Of a stretch of 64,000 nucleotides of DNA, positions 1 through 9,100 are shown piece after piece. A program made the position numbers and the translations under genes. The DNA lies in the NCBI GenBank assembly GCA_031414775.1, contig JANOQI010000022.1, positions 1-64,000 of the forward strand. Direction: 5' to 3'. Every line of letters begins with the position of its first letter. The stretch's first letter is position 1. The DNA is from Synechococcales cyanobacterium VAR_4_metabat_354. Lineage in GTDB: Bacteria > Cyanobacteriota > Cyanobacteriia > Cyanobacteriales > Chamaesiphonaceae. The notes under the pieces are model-generated. The model was not told the origin of the DNA and did no database searches. It saw only the letters and a list, made by a program, of their open reading frames with translations.

Positions 1-141
1 CAAGGCTTTCAGCACCTTTAATTCAGGAATTGGGATTTATTTCAATGTCTGGGATAATCCAGACATTGAAATAAATATCGAGCCTACGAGAGCATCAGGG
101 CTTGCGCTCCAAAAACCGCTCAAAATGTGTCCGGAGTATTG
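1..141. mobile_element. Probable end of an insertion sequence interrupting the first metallophosphoesterase gene
   Basis: The frame of ORF 127-618 has stops at 19, 55 and 67, although the family's N-terminal motifs are missing. Homology resumes at about 142 (LKEDDLCFVHGSP). There is a perfect 18-bp inverted repeat at 35-52/59-76. Confidence 0.4.
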
Positions 142-618
142 CTAAAAGAAGATGACCTGTGCTTTGTCCATGGTAGCCCGAATGGCCAGCATGAATACTT
201 GTTGCCAGATATCAATGCTTTTACGGCCTTAGAACGAGTCGTATCTACTGGAGCCGATACGTTATTTTGTGGCCATACTCATGTTCCGTACGTGCGGACT
301 TTGGAGAATAATCAGCTGCTAGTGAAAGTAGAACAAGTGGGGGAGGCTGACAACCACTATCAATTTACGCCTAAGGTTCGGCAAATTGTGAATGCTGGCT
401 CGGTGGGTGAACCACGTCATGGCCGACCCAATGCCACTTATGCCTTGTATGACACCGACGAGCGAGCGGTGAAAATTCAGGAGGTGGAGTATGACTATCA
501 CAAGACTTGTGCCGCCATTATTGAAGAAGGCTTACCCCCGATTTTTGCTTGGCGACTGGCGCAAGGCTTGGAATTCGCCGAGCGAGCCGATGATCCTAGT
601 CATGTTTGTGAGAGATAA
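142..618 (+). pseudogene. Metallophosphoesterase (calcineurin-like), C-terminal half only
   Basis: VHGSP, FCGHTH and NAGSVG motifs are present; the N-terminal metal-binding motifs are absent. Confidence 0.7.
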
Positions 619-620
619 CT

Positions 621-1343
621 ATGCGGTGGGCAATTTTAAGCGGGATTTTAGGCAACTTGGCTGCCTATGAGGCAGTGATTAAAGATATCCAGCGGCACCA
701 AGTTGATGATATTTATATCTTAGGCGATGTAGTGGGGCCATCAGCCGATAGTACCGCGCTAGTGCAAAGGGTGCAGCAGCCCCGACGGGGTGAGCTGCGG
801 CCGCAAATTTGCCTGGGCTGGTGGGAGGAGCAATGCTTAACGCTCCATGCTCAGGGCAAAACAGCTGAGCCGACGGAGCTGATCGAAAAATATGGAGTAG
901 ACATGGTTAAAGCTCTCTGGGATGCGGTGCCACAAGAAACAATTAGTTGGATGCGATCGCTGGACTTTGGCTTTATGGAATTAGATTGCCTATTGACCCA
1001 TGGCAGCAGCGTCGGCGTGACCGATGAGCTGCGTCCTGATACTTCGCCATTGGTGATGTTCGATCGGCTCGGTCGCCTAGATGCCAATTATCTGTTTTGT
1101 GGACGCTCTGGCTTGCAATTCAAGTACCAAATCGCTGAAGCTTCCAGTACTTCTACCGTTGTTACTTTAGGGGGGATCGCTCCACCCCAAGTTAGTGAGG
1201 CTCACCACAAGTTTGTGGTGGGTGTCGGTAATGTTGGATCGACCGCCAATAAAGCTAGTTATACTCTCTATGATCCTAGCTCTGGCCAGATTCAGTTTAG
1301 GAGCGTGCCCTACAGATGGAGCCAAGGTTTTGGGGAAAACTAA
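621..1343 (+). CDS. Metallophosphoesterase-family protein with degenerate metal ligands
   Basis: WAILSGILGNL, LGDVVG, THGSS, FCGRSG and VGNVG follow the family pattern with His/Asp ligands replaced. Confidence 0.8.
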   Translation: MRWAILSGILGNLAAYEAVIKDIQRHQVDDIYILGDVVGPSADSTALVQRVQQPRRGELRPQICLGWWEEQCLTLHAQGKTAEPTELIEKYGVDMVKALWDAVPQETISWMRSLDFGFMELDCLLTHGSSVGVTDELRPDTSPLVMFDRLGRLDANYLFCGRSGLQFKYQIAEASSTSTVVTLGGIAPPQVSEAHHKFVVGVGNVGSTANKASYTLYDPSSGQIQFRSVPYRWSQGFGEN

Positions 1344-1344
1344 T

Positions 1345-1377
1345 ACTTGCCATCGCCAGCTATTAGCGATGGCAGGT
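1345..1377. terminator. Hairpin between convergent genes
   Basis: acttgccatcgc ... gcgatggcaggt inverted repeat. Confidence 0.6.
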
Positions 1378-1389
1378 GATGGACCCGCT

Positions 1390-2031
1390 TTAGTGAAACT
1401 TGGGACTGTGCCGGATCAAATCCATGAATTCCTGACGAGTTTTAGCATCTTCTCCAAATACACCTTGCATGGCACTAGTGACTGTCCAAGAGCCCGGTTT
1501 CTGGACACCGCGCATCACCATACACATGTGAGTAGCTTCAATTACAACCGCTACACCCATCGGCTGCAACAGACCTTGGATGGCATCGGCAATCTGGGCA
1601 GTGAGCCTTTCTTGCACCTGTAGGCGGCGGGCATACATCTCACAAATCCGGGCGATTTTGGAAAGCCCAATTACTTTGCCATTCGGAATATAGGCAACGT
1701 GTGCCCGACCAATTATTGGCAAAATGTGATGTTCACAGGAGCTAAACAGATCGATGTCGCGAATCAACACCATCTCTTTGGCTTCTTCATGGAAAACAGC
1801 GCCATTCAGCAGCTCATCTAGGGATTGTTGATAGCCAGAGGAAAGATATTTTAAGGATTTAACCACGCGCTGCGGAGTATCCCGTAAGCCCTCGCGATCG
1901 GGGTCTTCGCCCATCCCCAGTAGGAGGGTTCGCACTGCTTGTCTCATTTCTACTTCTGAGACAGGCATTTCTGAAGTAGTGGTGATATCTCTCGATCGTA
2001 TGCCTGAGATAGTATTAAGAGGTGTAGTCAT
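1390..2031 (-). CDS. folE: GTP cyclohydrolase I (type IA)
   Basis: [25 protein letters not shown] and HMCMVMRG motifs; start placed at ATG 2031. Confidence 0.95.
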   Translation of the reverse strand: MTTPLNTISGIRSRDITTTSEMPVSEVEMRQAVRTLLLGMGEDPDREGLRDTPQRVVKSLKYLSSGYQQSLDELLNGAVFHEEAKEMVLIRDIDLFSSCEHHILPIIGRAHVAYIPNGKVIGLSKIARICEMYARRLQVQERLTAQIADAIQGLLQPMGVAVVIEATHMCMVMRGVQKPGSWTVTSAMQGVFGEDAKTRQEFMDLIRHSPKFH

Positions 2032-2129
2032 GGGTAATAGATTTGGTAAGGTTAATGATGGTTTAAAGACTAAAAGTCGTGCCGATAGATCATCTGTAAA
2101 CCTAATCGAGGAAATGAAAGATAAACAGA

Positions 2130-3164
2130 CTATGCCGCTAGACAAGCACTAAGCTCTCGTTTTATTTCATCGCCATCTAAATGACGACCAATGAAAACTA
2201 ATTGATTTTGGCGGTTGTTATTGCGCCAAGCTTCGGCACTAACATCAAAACGCGGTCCACTTAGTTGAAAGATGTGGCGTTGCTCACTAGCAGTGAACCA
2301 AAGAATTCCTTTAGCTCTGAAGACCGATTGCGGCATTAGTTCTCGGAGAAAGCGATCGAATTTATTAATATCAAATGGCTGATTGCTCACAAAAGAAATT
2401 GATACAAAGCCATCATTTTCTAAGTGATGGGAATGATGATGGTGATGCTCTTCCTGATGATGACTATGCTGGTGATGATGCTCTGCATCAGGTTGCTGTT
2501 TCAGCAGCTCTTGGTTTTTTGCTGGTGTAGACAGCTCCACTCCTAAAATTAAGGGTAAGGGGATTGCGCCGCGCTGTGCTTTGATTATTCTGGCTCCTTG
2601 CTTAATCGTCGCGATATGTTGCTCTACTTGATCAACTTGGGCTGGCTCCACTAAATCTGTTTTATTCAGAATCACAATATCGGAATAGACTAGCTGTTGC
2701 AAGGCAGCTTCACTACCAAAGTGCTCGGGAGTGAAGACTTCGGTATCGACCACTGTAAGAATCGAATCCAGATGAGTCATGTCTCGCAGCTCGGTTCCCA
2801 GAAACGTAATAGCGATCGGGGCTGGATCGGCCACGCCAGTAGTTTCGATAATAAGGTAGTCAATATCTTTTTCCATGACTTTGTAAACTGCTTCTACTAA
2901 GTCCTCATTAATCGTGCAACAGATACAGCCATTACTTAGTTCCATCATGTCTTCTTCGATCGAGATCAGTAATTGGCTATCGATATTAATATCACCAAAT
3001 TCATTGACCAAGACTGCCACTTTTAGATCTTGGCGGTTACTCAAAATATGATTGAGCAATGTTGTCTTGCCGCTACCTAAAAAACCCGTGATAATCGTGA
3101 CTGGCAAGCCTCGCTTGGGTAGGGCTAGTTCTGCTGGACTGGGTTTTGTGATTACACTCGTCAT
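2130..3164 (-). CDS. COG0523/CobW-family metallochaperone GTPase with His-rich insertion
   Basis: [26 protein letters not shown] and [19 protein letters not shown]; alternative start at 3200. Confidence 0.92.
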   Translation of the reverse strand: MTSVITKPSPAELALPKRGLPVTIITGFLGSGKTTLLNHILSNRQDLKVAVLVNEFGDINIDSQLLISIEEDMMELSNGCICCTINEDLVEAVYKVMEKDIDYLIIETTGVADPAPIAITFLGTELRDMTHLDSILTVVDTEVFTPEHFGSEAALQQLVYSDIVILNKTDLVEPAQVDQVEQHIATIKQGARIIKAQRGAIPLPLILGVELSTPAKNQELLKQQPDAEHHHQHSHHQEEHHHHHSHHLENDGFVSISFVSNQPFDINKFDRFLRELMPQSVFRAKGILWFTASEQRHIFQLSGPRFDVSAEAWRNNNRQNQLVFIGRHLDGDEIKRELSACLAA

Positions 3165-3265
3165 AATGAATCCCCTGTTGATTGGATTATGGAAGTTCAT
3201 GGCAACCTTTCTGTCTTAGAGACAGCAGCGGTCGGCCTGCTTAAGATAGCCAGCTTGTGTGATTT

Positions 3266-3280
3266 TGATAATCATTATCA
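3266..3280. promoter_or_regulatory. Zur box
   Basis: Perfect 7-1-7 palindrome TGATAAT-C-ATTATCA, the cyanobacterial Zur consensus, upstream of COG0523-folE. Confidence 0.85.
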
Positions 3281-3333
3281 TTGCAGCTTAGCTATTCTCC
3301 TGTCAATCATCATCTAGCTCAACTCCAAAATTG

Positions 3334-4287
3334 TTACTGGGTTAAACAGTTATTGAGTTGTTGAAAGAGAAAGAGTTTATCGAGCTTTCGTCCAATCAAC
3401 ACTATTTGATTCTGGGGAGATGTGTTCCATTCACTATCATCGATCGTGAAGCGTTTACCACTAAGTTGGAATAGGTGTCGCTGCGGGCTATCCTTAAACC
3501 AGAGAACACCTTTCGCTTGAAATACACTGTTCGGCAATTGATAATAGAGAAACTGCTGAAACTTTTTGAGAGAAATGGGACGATCGCTTTGAAATGATAC
3601 TGATATGAATCCGTCATTATCAAGAGTTGGCAAAGCTTCCGGCAAGGCTGTGAGAGGCTCAGGATGGGAGAGATTAACTTCCAAAATTAGTGAGAGTGGA
3701 ACTCTGCTATATTCAGAGCGCAAAATTCTGGCATGTTCTCTAAGTGAGCCAATGTAGCTTTCTAACTCATCAATTTTCTGCTCAGCAACCAAATCAGTTT
3801 TATTCAAGATCATGATATCGCTGTAAAGAATCTGGCTCATGGCAGCATCGCTATTATGACACTCGTCTGGAATAAACGTTTCGGCATCGATGACTGTGAT
3901 AATTGCATCAAGTTGAGTATGGTCGCGTAATTCAGTGCCCAAAAATGTTAAGGCCACGGGTAAAGGGTTAGCAACCCCCGTAGTTTCAATAATTAGATAA
4001 TCAATACGATCTGGGCGGTCTAAAATGCGGTGAACTGCATCTGATAAATTGTTATTGATAGTGCAACAGATGCAGCCATTGGTCAACTCAACAACATCTT
4101 CTGAAACTGTAATCAAAAACTGACTATCAATGTTAATATCACCAAATTCATTTACTAAAACAGCGACTTTGTAGTTTTCAAAATTTTGCAAAATATGATT
4201 AAGCAATGTTGTTTTACCACTGCCCAAGAAGCCAGTGACGATAGTTACTGGTAGTTTTTGCATTGGTGGGAAAAGAGTTTCCATCAT
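3334..4287 (-). CDS. COG0523/CobW-family GTPase without His tract
   Basis: [22 protein letters not shown] and a CobW_C-like tail; start at 4287 or 4263. Confidence 0.9.
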   Translation of the reverse strand: MMETLFPPMQKLPVTIVTGFLGSGKTTLLNHILQNFENYKVAVLVNEFGDINIDSQFLITVSEDVVELTNGCICCTINNNLSDAVHRILDRPDRIDYLIIETTGVANPLPVALTFLGTELRDHTQLDAIITVIDAETFIPDECHNSDAAMSQILYSDIMILNKTDLVAEQKIDELESYIGSLREHARILRSEYSRVPLSLILEVNLSHPEPLTALPEALPTLDNDGFISVSFQSDRPISLKKFQQFLYYQLPNSVFQAKGVLWFKDSPQRHLFQLSGKRFTIDDSEWNTSPQNQIVLIGRKLDKLFLFQQLNNCLTQ

Positions 4288-4319
4288 AAAGTGGGTCAGT
4301 ATTAGCGAAAAGGTGTTTT

Positions 4320-4769
4320 TCAACTTAGTAAGTAAGTCTCTTTCAAATAACAAACCATTGCTTTCTTTTGAATAATCTGAAAGATGTTGTAAAAACCATT
4401 GGCCCGAGAAGCCGTCAAACTAATATCCAATCCAGTTTGCTGAATAAAATCGGGAGTGAGTTGCATAATTTCTAGAGGAGAGAGCCCTTTGAAACCTTCT
4501 ACCAAGAATCCCACCAGTCCTTTGGTCATGAGGGAGTCAGAATCACCCTGCAAAACGACCTGGCCATCTACCAGCAAAGCAGTCACATAAACCTGAGAGG
4601 CACAGCCCGGCACTTTATTTTCTGGCTGCTTTTGATCTTCAGGGAAAGGGGGTAAGCGTTGGGCAAAACAAAGTAAGTATTCATAGCGTCGTTTTGGTTC
4701 CGAAATTTGTTGGAACCTCTGAACGATCCGATCCAGGGCAGGTGGTAGAGATGAAGGAATAGAAGACAT
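4320..4769 (-). CDS. sufE: SufE-family sulfur acceptor, in frame with an upstream DUF1636-like remnant starting at 4955
   Basis: RYEYLL, NKVPGCASQV, GDSDS and TASRANGF motifs. Confidence 0.85.
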   Translation of the reverse strand: MSSIPSSLPPALDRIVQRFQQISEPKRRYEYLLCFAQRLPPFPEDQKQPENKVPGCASQVYVTALLVDGQVVLQGDSDSLMTKGLVGFLVEGFKGLSPLEIMQLTPDFIQQTGLDISLTASRANGFYNIFQIIQKKAMVCYLKETYLLS

Positions 4770-4955
4770 CTTAATTGGGTGAAAATTATTGCCAGCGATT
4801 ATAGTTACTCTGTCAAAGGTTGAGGCTAATCTCCATTGAGAATGAAGCTGTAGTAACTGAGTCAGGAGGTGTGCTCCGCCGCTCTGTCCTAGCCATTTTT
4901 GTTGCCCTAATGAATAGCTACAAGATTTGCATACAAACAGAGCATGTTTAGTCAT
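4770..4955 (-). pseudogene. N-terminal fragment of a DUF1636-like Cys metal-binding protein
   Basis: MTKHALFVCKSC...SGGAHLL resembles the DUF1636 N-terminus; the later Cys motif is missing. Confidence 0.55.
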
Positions 4956-5000
4956 GGTGTTAAGTGAAATGTGATGCTAGATGAAAGGTGAGGGCTGTAT

Positions 5001-6812
5001 CTAAATTTGCTGTTTAGCGATGATCGCTTGCTGCATTCTGGTGTGCAGTTCAGGTAAGGTTAATTGTCTCTGTTCACTGGATTGTCGGGTGCGGATACCG
5101 AGAACCTGGGTTTCTACTTCACGCTTACCAATAACTGCCACGATGGGAATTTTTTCCAGTTCAGCCGTGCGAATTTGCTTGCCAAGACGTTCTTTGCTTT
5201 GATCGATCTCCACCCGATAGCCCCATTGTTTAAATTGTGCCATCACTGATTCAGCGTAGCGATGCTGCTCCTCACTCACGGGTAGTAATCTGATCTGGAT
5301 CGGTGCCAACCACAGCGGAAAGTCTCCGGCGTAGTTCTCAATCAAAATACCAAAAAAACGTTCGAGTGAACCAAAAATAGCGCGATGAATCATAATGGGG
5401 CGCTGACGAGAATTATCTGCTGCCACATATTCCATATCAAAGCGTTCTGGCAAGTTAAAATCAACTTGAATAGTGGAGCATTGCCACTGACGATCGATCG
5501 CGTCCTGAATTTTGATATCAATTTTAGGACCATAAAAAGCACCGCCGCCTTCATCGATGGTGTAATTCCAGCCTTTGGTATCCAAGGCTTGCATCAGAGC
5601 CTTAGTCGCTAGGTCCCAAATATCATCGGCACCCACTGATTTTTCTGGACGAGTCGAAAGATATACCTCGTATTTGGTAAATCCAAAGTCCGACAAAATC
5701 TTTTCAGTCAGATCCAGCACCCTTAATATTTCAGGGGCAACCTGGTCTGGCAAACAAAAAATGTGGGCATCATCTTGAGTAAAACCGCGCACTCTCATCA
5801 ACCCGTGCAACGTCCCCGATCGCTCATAGCGATATACCGTACCTAGCTCCGCCCAGCGGATCGGCAATTCTCGATAGGAGCGCAAGCGATTGGTATAAGT
5901 GAGGACATGAAAGGGGCAGTTCATCGGTTTGATTTGATACTGCTGTGCGTCCACTTTCATGTGGTCAAACATACTTTCCCGATAGAAGTCAAAATGTCCA
6001 GAAGTTTTCCAGAGATTGAGATTAGCAATATGAGGCGTATAGAGTAGCTCATAACCGGCATCCAGATGGGCTTGCCGCCAGTAATCTTCAATGAGCAAGC
6101 GCATCCTGGCTCCTTTGGGATGCCAGAATACCAATCCGCCGCCAGCGTCATCTTGGATACTAAAAAGATCTAGTTCTTGGCCTATTTTGCGATGATCGCG
6201 ACGCTGAGCTTCTTCTTTTTGGACTAGGTAAGCTTGAAGTTGGGCTGGAGTTTCCCACGCTGTTCCATAGATACGTTGTAGTTGGGGCTTCGTTTCATCC
6301 CCCCGCCAGTAAGCCCCAGCCACACTTTCTAGGGCAAAGGCTTCCGGATGAATTTCGCCAGTGTTGCTAAGATGGGGACCGGTACATAAATCCCACCAAC
6401 AATCTTGGCTAGCTTGATCCAGGCAGCCAATCCAATAGCGAGTAATTGGTTCGCCGGTAGGGATTTGACCCAGGATTTCTAGCTTGTAGGGTTCTTGACG
6501 TTGAATAATATCGGCCTGGATTTGCTCTCGATCGATCACTTCTCGAATAATAGGTAGCTTTTTTTTAATAATCTGTCGCATCTTTGCTTCTATTTTCGTC
6601 AGATCTTGCGGGGTAAACGGTGCTGGCCGATCGAAGTCATAGTAAAAGCCCGTTGCCGTCCAGGGCCCGATTGTCACCTTGGTTTCTGGAAAGAGCGTTT
6701 GCACAGCCATTGATAATACATGAGCACAACTATGACGAATCCGTTGTAACAGTTGTAAGTTAATAGGGGCAACACTGTCTTTAGCACTCGATCGACTAAC
6801 TTGATTGACCAT
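5001..6812 (-). CDS. thrS: Threonine--tRNA ligase, likely the Zur-regulated paralogue
   Basis: RHSCAH, DLCTGPH, LQRIYG, KPMNCPFH, YRYE, FTQDDAH and IHRAIFGS motifs. Confidence 0.97.
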   Translation of the reverse strand: MVNQVSRSSAKDSVAPINLQLLQRIRHSCAHVLSMAVQTLFPETKVTIGPWTATGFYYDFDRPAPFTPQDLTKIEAKMRQIIKKKLPIIREVIDREQIQADIIQRQEPYKLEILGQIPTGEPITRYWIGCLDQASQDCWWDLCTGPHLSNTGEIHPEAFALESVAGAYWRGDETKPQLQRIYGTAWETPAQLQAYLVQKEEAQRRDHRKIGQELDLFSIQDDAGGGLVFWHPKGARMRLLIEDYWRQAHLDAGYELLYTPHIANLNLWKTSGHFDFYRESMFDHMKVDAQQYQIKPMNCPFHVLTYTNRLRSYRELPIRWAELGTVYRYERSGTLHGLMRVRGFTQDDAHIFCLPDQVAPEILRVLDLTEKILSDFGFTKYEVYLSTRPEKSVGADDIWDLATKALMQALDTKGWNYTIDEGGGAFYGPKIDIKIQDAIDRQWQCSTIQVDFNLPERFDMEYVAADNSRQRPIMIHRAIFGSLERFFGILIENYAGDFPLWLAPIQIRLLPVSEEQHRYAESVMAQFKQWGYRVEIDQSKERLGKQIRTAELEKIPIVAVIGKREVETQVLGIRTRQSSEQRQLTLPELHTRMQQAIIAKQQI

Positions 6813-6826
6813 AACAGCTTAGAGAA

Positions 6827-6841
6827 TGATAATCATTCTCA
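6827..6841. promoter_or_regulatory. Zur box (one mismatch) upstream of thrS
   Basis: TGATAAT-C-ATTCTCA; overlaps the palindrome gagaatgat-a-atcattctc at 6822-6840. Confidence 0.75.
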
Positions 6842-6920
6842 CTATCTTATCATGTTTCTACATCTGGTGATGCGATCGACCACAGACTGTAGCAAACAAA
6901 TGGTAATCGGCTACAGTCTT

Positions 6921-7994
6921 TTAAGTTTGTCCAAAACCTTTTCCCCGTAATGTCCTTGACCAAATAAATAGTTCTCCGGACTGCCCCCCAGCCGCTAGTT
7001 GCTGTCCTTGGGGATGCCATGCCAAGCAGGAAAAACCATTGGTTGCACCTTTTAACGTTGATGAAAAATCCTTTGCTTGGTGCCATAGACAAATTTGGCC
7101 ATCATCGGCAGCAGAAGCTAGTAAAAAGGAATGGGGTTGAAAAGCGATCGATCGGACTTTTTCATGATGCTTTCTTAAAACTTGAGAATTCCAGCCAATG
7201 CGGTGATCCTGGTCTTTTTCCCACCGCACCATCCCATCGTTACTGCTGGCTACTAGCAACGGCACCCCCATGGCGCTAGGTTGGTCAGACCAAACCAACT
7301 GGCTTACTTTACCGGGGAATCCCTGAATTGACCAAGGGTTTTCATCACCCCACTCCCAGACAGTTACCGTCCGATCAATGCCCCCAGCGGCAATGTAGTT
7401 ACCATCCGGTGACCAAGCTAGGGCAGAGCTTGGTGCCATCGTTTCCCAGGAATGATGCAGCTCCCAAGTTGGGGTTTTCCAGATGCCAACACTATTCTGG
7501 CTGCTAATTGCCAATGACAACCCATCGGAACTCCATTGCAAACCCTGGGCTGTAGCAGCCAGGCTTAGAGTTTCTACTGCTGCCGATTTCTCAGCGTCCC
7601 AAATCTGTACCTTAAAACCCTGCTGAAAAGCCAGGTGATAATTTATAGGACTCCACGCTAATTGATCAATCCAGGTTGATTGAGTATCTAGCGTAGTGAT
7701 GAGCTGTGGCGACTCCGCCTGAAGCTGCCAGATTTTTACCTGACCGAGCTGTCCAGCAGTAGCTAAAAATTTGCCATCAAAAGAGAAAGCCAAACAATCG
7801 ATCGACTGTCCCTCAACTTCCTGAAGTAAGGTGAGCTGTCGCCGCTCTACATCTAATAAGCTCACCTCCCCAGCCCCCGAAGCTGCCATGAGAAATTGAC
7901 CATTGGGTGACCAAGTTAGTGTTGTGACATAATCTGTCAGCGCCCCACTCCATATTTTTGCAAAAGATTCCGACTGTTTTGCTACACCAAACAT
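6921..7994 (-). CDS. WD40-repeat beta-propeller protein
   Basis: Repeated W-S-P-D/N-G...LA...D/G..V.IW units; start overlaps the upstream COG0523 stop. Confidence 0.9.
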   Translation of the reverse strand: MFGVAKQSESFAKIWSGALTDYVTTLTWSPNGQFLMAASGAGEVSLLDVERRQLTLLQEVEGQSIDCLAFSFDGKFLATAGQLGQVKIWQLQAESPQLITTLDTQSTWIDQLAWSPINYHLAFQQGFKVQIWDAEKSAAVETLSLAATAQGLQWSSDGLSLAISSQNSVGIWKTPTWELHHSWETMAPSSALAWSPDGNYIAAGGIDRTVTVWEWGDENPWSIQGFPGKVSQLVWSDQPSAMGVPLLVASSNDGMVRWEKDQDHRIGWNSQVLRKHHEKVRSIAFQPHSFLLASAADDGQICLWHQAKDFSSTLKGATNGFSCLAWHPQGQQLAAGGQSGELFIWSRTLRGKGFGQT

Positions 7995-8953
7995 GTCTGA
8001 AACCTCGCTTGTAATTGAGCTGTATCCAGATTGCGTCCAATAAATACCAGTTCGTTTTTGCGGGTTTCATTGAATTTCCACAGCCGATCTTGCCGCCCAT
8101 CAAACATCATATGAACACCCTGAAATACAAAGCGATGGTCTTCTCCCGCAATATTAAGAATGCCTTTCATCCGAAAGATATCATTACCCTGCTGCCGCAG
8201 TAGTTCGCTGAGCCACCCATTGAGTTTTTCCCCATCCACTGCCCCTGACTCGGCCAGTGCTACTGAACCGATTGTTTCATCATGTTCATGCGCCGTCTCA
8301 TTCAAGAACTCTGGGTCAATATCCAAAGCCCGGTTCAAATCAAATGCCCCAATACCCAGCACCGCATCCATAGCTAGTTCAGCGTTGCGAGTACGGTAAA
8401 TTTTAACCATTACGTTCATCGATCGAATGCGTTGCTCCACCTCATCTAGCTCGGTAGCTGTGACTAAATCCGTCTTGTTGATCAAAATTACATCGGCAAA
8501 AGCAATCTGCTCTTGGACTTCTTCGGCATCCCAATGTTGCCAAATATGCTTGGCATCTACCACCGTCACCACCGCATCCAGGTGAGTCTGGGCTTGAACA
8601 TCTTCATCCATAAAAAAAGTCTGGATCACCGGTGCCGGATCAGCTAACCCGGTGGTCTCAATGACCAAATGGTCAAATTTATCACGGCGTTTCATCAAAT
8701 TGTTAATCAGCCGAATCAGATCACCGCGCACAGTACAACAGATACAGCCATTATTCATCTCAAAGATTTCTTCGTCTGCACCCACAATTAACTGGTTATC
8801 AATTCCGATTTCGCCAAACTCGTTGACGATGACTGCGACCTTTTTCCCATGCTCATGGGTCAAAATCCGGTTGAGGAGAGTGGTCTTACCTGCTCCTAAA
8901 TAGCCAGTTAAAACCGTGACCGGAATAGTTGAAATTCTTGCTGTTGCTACCAT
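7982..8953 (-). CDS. COG0523/CobW-family GTPase
   Basis: [37 protein letters not shown] and QGVH motifs. Confidence 0.93.
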   Translation of the reverse strand: MVATARISTIPVTVLTGYLGAGKTTLLNRILTHEHGKKVAVIVNEFGEIGIDNQLIVGADEEIFEMNNGCICCTVRGDLIRLINNLMKRRDKFDHLVIETTGLADPAPVIQTFFMDEDVQAQTHLDAVVTVVDAKHIWQHWDAEEVQEQIAFADVILINKTDLVTATELDEVEQRIRSMNVMVKIYRTRNAELAMDAVLGIGAFDLNRALDIDPEFLNETAHEHDETIGSVALAESGAVDGEKLNGWLSELLRQQGNDIFRMKGILNIAGEDHRFVFQGVHMMFDGRQDRLWKFNETRKNELVFIGRNLDTAQLQARFQTCLV

Positions 8954-8978
8954 GCCTCATATCTCCGCATCAAAAGAA

Positions 8979-8993
8979 TGATAATCATTATCA
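8979..8993. promoter_or_regulatory. Zur box
   Basis: Perfect TGATAAT-C-ATTATCA, 25 bp upstream of the start at 8953. Confidence 0.85.
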
Positions 8994-9034
8994 CATTATA
9001 AATGAGATAAGTGATCGGTTCTTGGCAAAACAAA

Positions 9035-9060
9035 AAAGCTGGTGGCTAACCACCAGCTTT
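9035..9060 (-). terminator. Intrinsic terminator of ftsH
   Basis: aaagctggtgg-ctaa-ccaccagcttt, with a U-run on the minus strand. Confidence 0.8.
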
Positions 9061-9100
9061 AATTTATTACATACCCATACTAGGCAGAAGTATTGATCAG

